Shown one piece after another: positions 59,436-64,000 of a stretch of 64,000 bases of DNA. The stretch lies in contig CAVQGX010000026.1 in the NCBI GenBank assembly GCA_963712115.1, positions 64,001-128,000 of the forward strand, in the 5' to 3' direction. Below the pieces are notes generated by a model. It was not told where the DNA came from and made no database searches. It saw nothing but the letters and a program-made list of their open reading frames with translations. This DNA comes from an uncultured delta proteobacterium (GTDB lineage Bacteria; Desulfobacterota; Syntrophobacteria; BM002). Made by a program: the position numbers and the translations under genes. The stretch's first letter is position 1; each line of letters begins with the position of its first letter.

Positions 59436-59743
59436 GGCAAAGAGCATAGGGCATGGAGCATGGGGCATAGAGTAAGGAGCCAGAATCCAGAACTCAGGAG
59501 AAAAGCAATCAAAATTGACTTCATCTGAGCTACCGCCTCTTTGAACCGCAGAATGTCGAACAAGGAATTTCGAATATCGAAGTGATCACTTCATTATTCT
59601 GCGGTTCCTTATTCTGCTGTTCGATATTTAGCACTTTGAACCATCTGTAGTCTGTCGTCCTCTGACCTCTCATCGCCGTCTCGCCGTTTCTCCCCATCGC
59701 CGTGTCGTCCCGCTGTGCCTAGTGCCTAGTTCTTAGTGCCTAG
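59436..59743 (+). repeat. Family R1 copy 6 (long form)
   Basis: GCATAGG array, core shared with copy 5, TCGCCGT array and TGCCTAG array abutting the thioesterase stop. Confidence 0.85.
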
Positions 59744-60160
59744 TCATTCTTGCGCTATGCGTATTTTCTCAGCTAAAACCTCCGGCAGGGCTCTCGCCTT
59801 CCAAGTATGATCAATGGCTACGCAGGTGGCCGTACCCTCAGCCAGAAGACCGGCGTCAGGGGGGCGATAAAAGCTAAAGTGGAAGACGATGGCCTTTTCC
59901 TTGAGTTCCTTGATTGAAGTCTCCATTTCAAGCATCTCACCATAGCGGGCGGGTTTCAGAAAACGGCAGTCAGCGGCAACAATGGGTAAGCCAAATTTTT
60001 CTTCCCGGTTACGAAAAATAGTCTCGGGAGCCAGGCCAAGGTGGCGAAGGAACTCTTCTATGCCCCGGTGGCAGTAGCGAAAATAACTCACAAAATATAC
60101 CACCCCGTAAGGGTCTGTATCACCGAAACGTACAAATACCTTGGTTTTGTGGCTAAGCAT
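59744..60160 (-). CDS. Hot-dog fold acyl-CoA thioesterase (YbgC/4HBT-like)
   Basis: VRFGDTDPYGVVYFVSYFRY..PARYG; AGGAGG RBS. Confidence 0.9.
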   Translation of the reverse strand: MLSHKTKVFVRFGDTDPYGVVYFVSYFRYCHRGIEEFLRHLGLAPETIFRNREEKFGLPIVAADCRFLKPARYGEMLEMETSIKELKEKAIVFHFSFYRPPDAGLLAEGTATCVAIDHTWKARALPEVLAEKIRIAQE

Positions 60161-60347
60161 GCTTTGCCTCCTAGCGGTTTATGGCTAATTTAACCAAAGT
60201 TCTCCTCTGTATTCCTCTCAAATTATTCACCCTTATTTTGAAGGGGCTGCATACTCTCGATTAGGGCTTAATTAAGGTTGAGGAGGTCTCTTCCTATATC
60301 CTTTCTTATAAGGGAATTAAAGAAAAAAATCACGAACTATTTTTTAC

Positions 60348-60379
60348 TTGACAAAATCCGGCTTCAATATATTATTGAA
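60348..60379 (+). promoter_or_regulatory. Sigma-70-like promoter with overlapping palindromic operator
   Basis: TTGACA-N16-TATTAT; TTCAATA-TAT-TATTGAA (60363-60379) covers the -10 box. Confidence 0.55.
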
Positions 60380-61104
60380 ACAAATTCAGTTGTTTAATAC
60401 TACTTTCTACGCGTTTTCTACAATCACAAGCTTCTCACTCCTTCGCAGAAGCGTACCTGTTACACCAGAACAACAGAAGGGTCTAACTCGAGCAGATAAC
60501 TCGCTTTTCATGTTTCTCGTTGCAGCTGTTTTCTAGTTCTAGCGGAACCAGCGACACGGTCAAGATTCACAAACTATCCTGAGAGTAATCTGTTTGTCCA
60601 GAGCAACTAAGTTCTGGCAGCAAACAGTTTCTATACCTGGCAAGCAGGCCAGCACATATTTCTACCAACACATCTGAATCTTCTATGATCGTATCTGCCT
60701 CATGAGGTAGAGAATACTGCCCCTCATGACCTCAGCCCAAGAGCTGTTCGGCGAGGTCAGCGGAGGGATACACTTGCACTCTATGTTTTGATCGTAGAGT
60801 TTTTGGCTTTCACTAATCAATTAAAAGGGGGTGATCAAAAAGCAGTCCATTACCGCCGATGAGGGTGGTAAAAACGATTCACCGACTGTTAGAGCAGACA
60901 GCCTTCAAAGGACAACCCAACCATTGAGCCCCGCGACTTTCCTGCCTACTTGGGGCTGAGGTTCTCATTAAAAGCTCTAACCAGATCGCAGTGAGAAAGG
61001 AGGTGGTGATAAACAGCGACGAGGGAATATGAGACTAACCTCTAACGCTAAAAGAGAGTGTACAGCAAGTTTGGAGATAATACTGCTGAATCGGAGGTTA
61101 AAAC

Positions 61105-62589
61105 ATGCCAGAAAAAAAGGACATTGAAATAAAAAGCAGGGTCGACACCATAGGTCTGATGGATATGGATGTTAGGCCCTACCCGGTCACACCGCCGCCT
61201 TCCTACGAGCAAGTTAAGCCGGTGTACGAAAAAAGGAAGGCGCTGGAATTCTGTGACTGGGCCGAGGACAACCTCAAATTCGAAAAAAGATACGGCAAAG
61301 ATCAGTCCCTGGGACACCTCAGGGTTCTGGATATCGGCCTCTGGCGGCTGGGCCACAAGTTCTGCGCCTCACTGTTCGGCGAAGCTGGGGCCGAGGTGGT
61401 CTCTATCGAGCCGCCCGGCGGCGACCCCTTGCGGAAGCTGACTCCCTTTGGCCGCGAAGAGTACCTGCTGGAAAATCAGGAAACCGGTGAAAAGTGCGGC
61501 ATGGAGTTCGTCTGCGAGACGGTGAACACCCACTGCGTCACCCTGGATGTCGAGACCGAGGAGGGCCGGGAAATTTTCAAGCAAATGGCCCAGAACGTCG
61601 ACGTGTTGATCGACGGCATGCCTCCCGGCTACATGGATAGTCTGGGTATCGGCTACCGGCAGCTCAAGAGAGCCAACCCCAAGATGGTCTACGTCTGGGT
61701 TGGCATGCTCGGCCAGTGGGGCCCCTGGAAGGACAAACAGTCCAAGTTCGGCCAGTGGGAGCTCGAGCCCTTTGCCAGTTGTGCCAACTCCTGGGTGCAC
61801 AACACTGGTTTGGCTCAGGACCTGCTCCCTAGGGGCAAGGGCGGCGACCCGACCCGCTCGGGTATCTGGCTTGCCGACTATGTTGCCGGGGCGCAGGGAT
61901 TCCTTAACGCCAATGCGGCCCTTTACTGGCGGGACGAACTGGGGAACACCGGCCAGATGATTGAGGTCACCGGTGCCGAAACGCTGATGGACATCATCGA
62001 CTTTGATATCACCTGGTATGGTTTCAATGCCAGTATCAAAGGAAGATCCGGCGGCTGGGACCCCAACCTGAACCAGTATGCCTGGAACCCCTGCAAGGAC
62101 GGCTACATGATGATCGGCGGCCAGACCGACAAGCTCTGGTACAACATCGGCTTCTGCATCGAGCGCGATGACGACCAGTTCGGCCGGCTGATCCACGAAG
62201 ATCCCTTCCTCAAGGAGATGGGAGCCAGGAACGCCCTGCACGCCCTGATCAAGACCTACTCTCTGACCACTCGCTGGCTCAGGGACACCAACAGGGTCGA
62301 AGCTGAAACCAAGCTGCTCGAGTACCAGCTTGCGGCCGGGCCGATTCTCTACATCGACGAGGTCGCTGAGTTCCCCCACTTCAAGTACCGTCCATGGCAG
62401 TACGTCCATGAGACCGACTACGGCCCGCTGCTGATTGCTTCGAGCCCGGCGTCCTATCAGGTGCGAGCGCCCTTCAGATGCAAGTGGATGGGCAGAGACG
62501 TAGGGTTTGACAACTACGAAATCTACCTGAAATGGACTGGAATGACTCAGACCAAGGTTAATGAACTCAAGGCAAAGGGGGTAATCTAA
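61105..62589 (+). CDS. Family III (CaiB/BaiF) CoA-transferase, subunit 1
   Basis: [32 protein letters not shown] and WLADYVAG; GGAGG RBS. Confidence 0.9.
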   Translation: MPEKKDIEIKSRVDTIGLMDMDVRPYPVTPPPSYEQVKPVYEKRKALEFCDWAEDNLKFEKRYGKDQSLGHLRVLDIGLWRLGHKFCASLFGEAGAEVVSIEPPGGDPLRKLTPFGREEYLLENQETGEKCGMEFVCETVNTHCVTLDVETEEGREIFKQMAQNVDVLIDGMPPGYMDSLGIGYRQLKRANPKMVYVWVGMLGQWGPWKDKQSKFGQWELEPFASCANSWVHNTGLAQDLLPRGKGGDPTRSGIWLADYVAGAQGFLNANAALYWRDELGNTGQMIEVTGAETLMDIIDFDITWYGFNASIKGRSGGWDPNLNQYAWNPCKDGYMMIGGQTDKLWYNIGFCIERDDDQFGRLIHEDPFLKEMGARNALHALIKTYSLTTRWLRDTNRVEAETKLLEYQLAAGPILYIDEVAEFPHFKYRPWQYVHETDYGPLLIASSPASYQVRAPFRCKWMGRDVGFDNYEIYLKWTGMTQTKVNELKAKGVI

Positions 62590-64000
62590 TGGCAAAAGAT
62601 CCAAGAGTAACACGTATAGAAGACCTGCCAGGCCCCAAGAGCAAGGGTGAAATGGATGAGATGAAGATGCCCTACGAGGAGTACTGTAGGAAAATCTTCG
62701 ATGTGGGCAATGAACACACCAAGCCCATCGCGCTTAAAGGGATTCGGTGGCTCAGCTGCACCATGTATATCTTCACGCCCCACTCTGTGGCCAACCTGGC
62801 CGAACTGGGGGCCGAGGTCATCAAGATTGAGATGCCGAGGATGGGTGACGCCATGCGGCACACATCCCCGTTTAACGAGTGCTACCTCTATCCACTCCAC
62901 GACACCCGTCCCATGACCGGAACCGGCCTAGGTTTCACCAACGCCAACCCCAACAAGTATTTTCTCACCATGGATTACCACATCCCCGAGATGGTGGAAG
63001 TCTTTTACGGGTTGGTGAAGAAGTCCGACGGCCTAACCGAGCTTTACCGGCCGGGAACCCTGGACAAGTGGAAGATGAGCTACAGGTACCTGAGTGAAAT
63101 CAACCCCCGGTTTATCTATGTCTGGGGCGGCGGTTTCGGCTACGGCCCCAAGATCTTCGGCGGTTCCTACGACATCCTGGGCCAGGCCCACGCCGGACTC
63201 GCCTCCATAACCGGTATGCATGAGTTCATGGGGGGCCATGCAACCAAGCAGACTAACTGGGTCATTGACTGGCAATCGGGCAACCTGATCACCTGCTCAA
63301 TCCTGGCGGCCATCCACCATCGGAGAAAGACCGGGCTGGGCACCATGATCGAATTTTCCCAGGTACAGGTCCCGACCCGGATGCTCGGACATACCTTACC
63401 CATGTACGGCAAGTTCGGTATTGTCCGCCAGCGCTGGGGCAACTGGGACACCCAGCTGGCAGTGCACGGCATCATCCTCTGCGGCAAGTCCGATTTTCCG
63501 GATTACGACAATCCGCAGGACAAGTTCTGTGCGCGCTATGTCATGGTCAGTGCCTTCCAGGATGAGGACTTCAAGGAGCTCTGCAACATTACCGGCATGA
63601 AGGATCTCTACGGCAAATACAAGGCTCACAAGGACCGGGCGGAAGGCGAGGCTCAGGTGGAGATCTATGCTGCTCTGGAGCAGTGGGCGTCCGACAAGTC
63701 CAGGTCCCAGGTTGCCAAGATCCTGCAAGATGCAGGCCTCCTGGCCGAGCCTGTTCGCAACGACCGTGAGGCTTACGAGAGCCCACACTACCGGGAGAGA
63801 GGCACGGTCCGCTGGCTGGACGATCCCCTCTTCGGAGATATGCTGCTCCATGCCGGCTACAGCTGCGGGTTGATGGAAAAAACTCCGAGAAGGATCAACT
63901 GGCACTGGCGCCCGGTTGGTGCGGACAACAAGAAGATCTACCGTGACCTGCTCGGCGTTCCGCTCACTAAAATCAAAGAGTGGTATGACAAGGCCTGGAT
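62589..64000 (+). CDS. Family III CoA-transferase, subunit 2 (3'-truncated by the window; not in the ORF track)
   Basis: TAATG overlap with the previous gene; open to the window end: [66 protein letters not shown]. Confidence 0.9.
   Translation, partial: MAKDPRVTRIEDLPGPKSKGEMDEMKMPYEEYCRKIFDVGNEHTKPIALKGIRWLSCTMYIFTPHSVANLAELGAEVIKIEMPRMGDAMRHTSPFNECYLYPLHDTRPMTGTGLGFTNANPNKYFLTMDYHIPEMVEVFYGLVKKSDGLTELYRPGTLDKWKMSYRYLSEINPRFIYVWGGGFGYGPKIFGGSYDILGQAHAGLASITGMHEFMGGHATKQTNWVIDWQSGNLITCSILAAIHHRRKTGLGTMIEFSQVQVPTRMLGHTLPMYGKFGIVRQRWGNWDTQLAVHGIILCGKSDFPDYDNPQDKFCARYVMVSAFQDEDFKELCNITGMKDLYGKYKAHKDRAEGEAQVEIYAALEQWASDKSRSQVAKILQDAGLLAEPVRNDREAYESPHYRERGTVRWLDDPLFGDMLLHAGYSCGLMEKTPRRINWHWRPVGADNKKIYRDLLGVPLTKIKEWYDKAW

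Noticed and set aside
61369-62613. 414-aa antisense ORF and other long antisense ORFs (e.g. 23850..24722, 13647..14381)
   Set aside because: These are shadows of strongly biased sense-strand genes and have no domain motifs.

Overview
A 64-kb chromosomal window from an anaerobic deltaproteobacterium, inferred to be Desulfobacterota from gene content and order. It is mostly core genes: dnaJ, rpoZ, groESL with a CIRCE operator, serC, tRNA-Gly, the rimP-nusA-ylxR-infB-rbfA-nrnA-truB-rpsO-pnp cluster, dut and nth. It also holds a Gld-type ABC system, lipoate genes, a Liv-type ABC/aryl-CoA ligase operon, sulfur-transfer enzymes and two family III CoA-transferases. Three signals are absent from the ORF track. 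(1) A 96-codon exported selenoprotein candidate (34419..34709, minus; in-frame UGA plus a SECIS-like hairpin) aligns in register with the MsrA active site. It lies directly behind an exported MsrAB that has a Met-rich linker and a 1-Cys MsrB domain, next to an OmpR-type two-component system with four 11-bp-phased boxes. (2) A complete Trp attenuator (leader MHLNRSWPWWW..., antiterminator, terminator) precedes the ABC transporter and PaaK-like ligase operon, suggesting Trp-regulated salvage of indole or aryl acids. One of the two ligases has lost its P-loop. (3) Many intergenic spacers carry modular palindromic elements: 7/8-mer tandem arrays, GNA mini-hairpin units, and a 184-bp element with compensatory base changes. 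The first 2.4 kb has several frame-breaking lesions that look like sequencing errors. No CRISPR array, transposase, integrase or prophage was seen.
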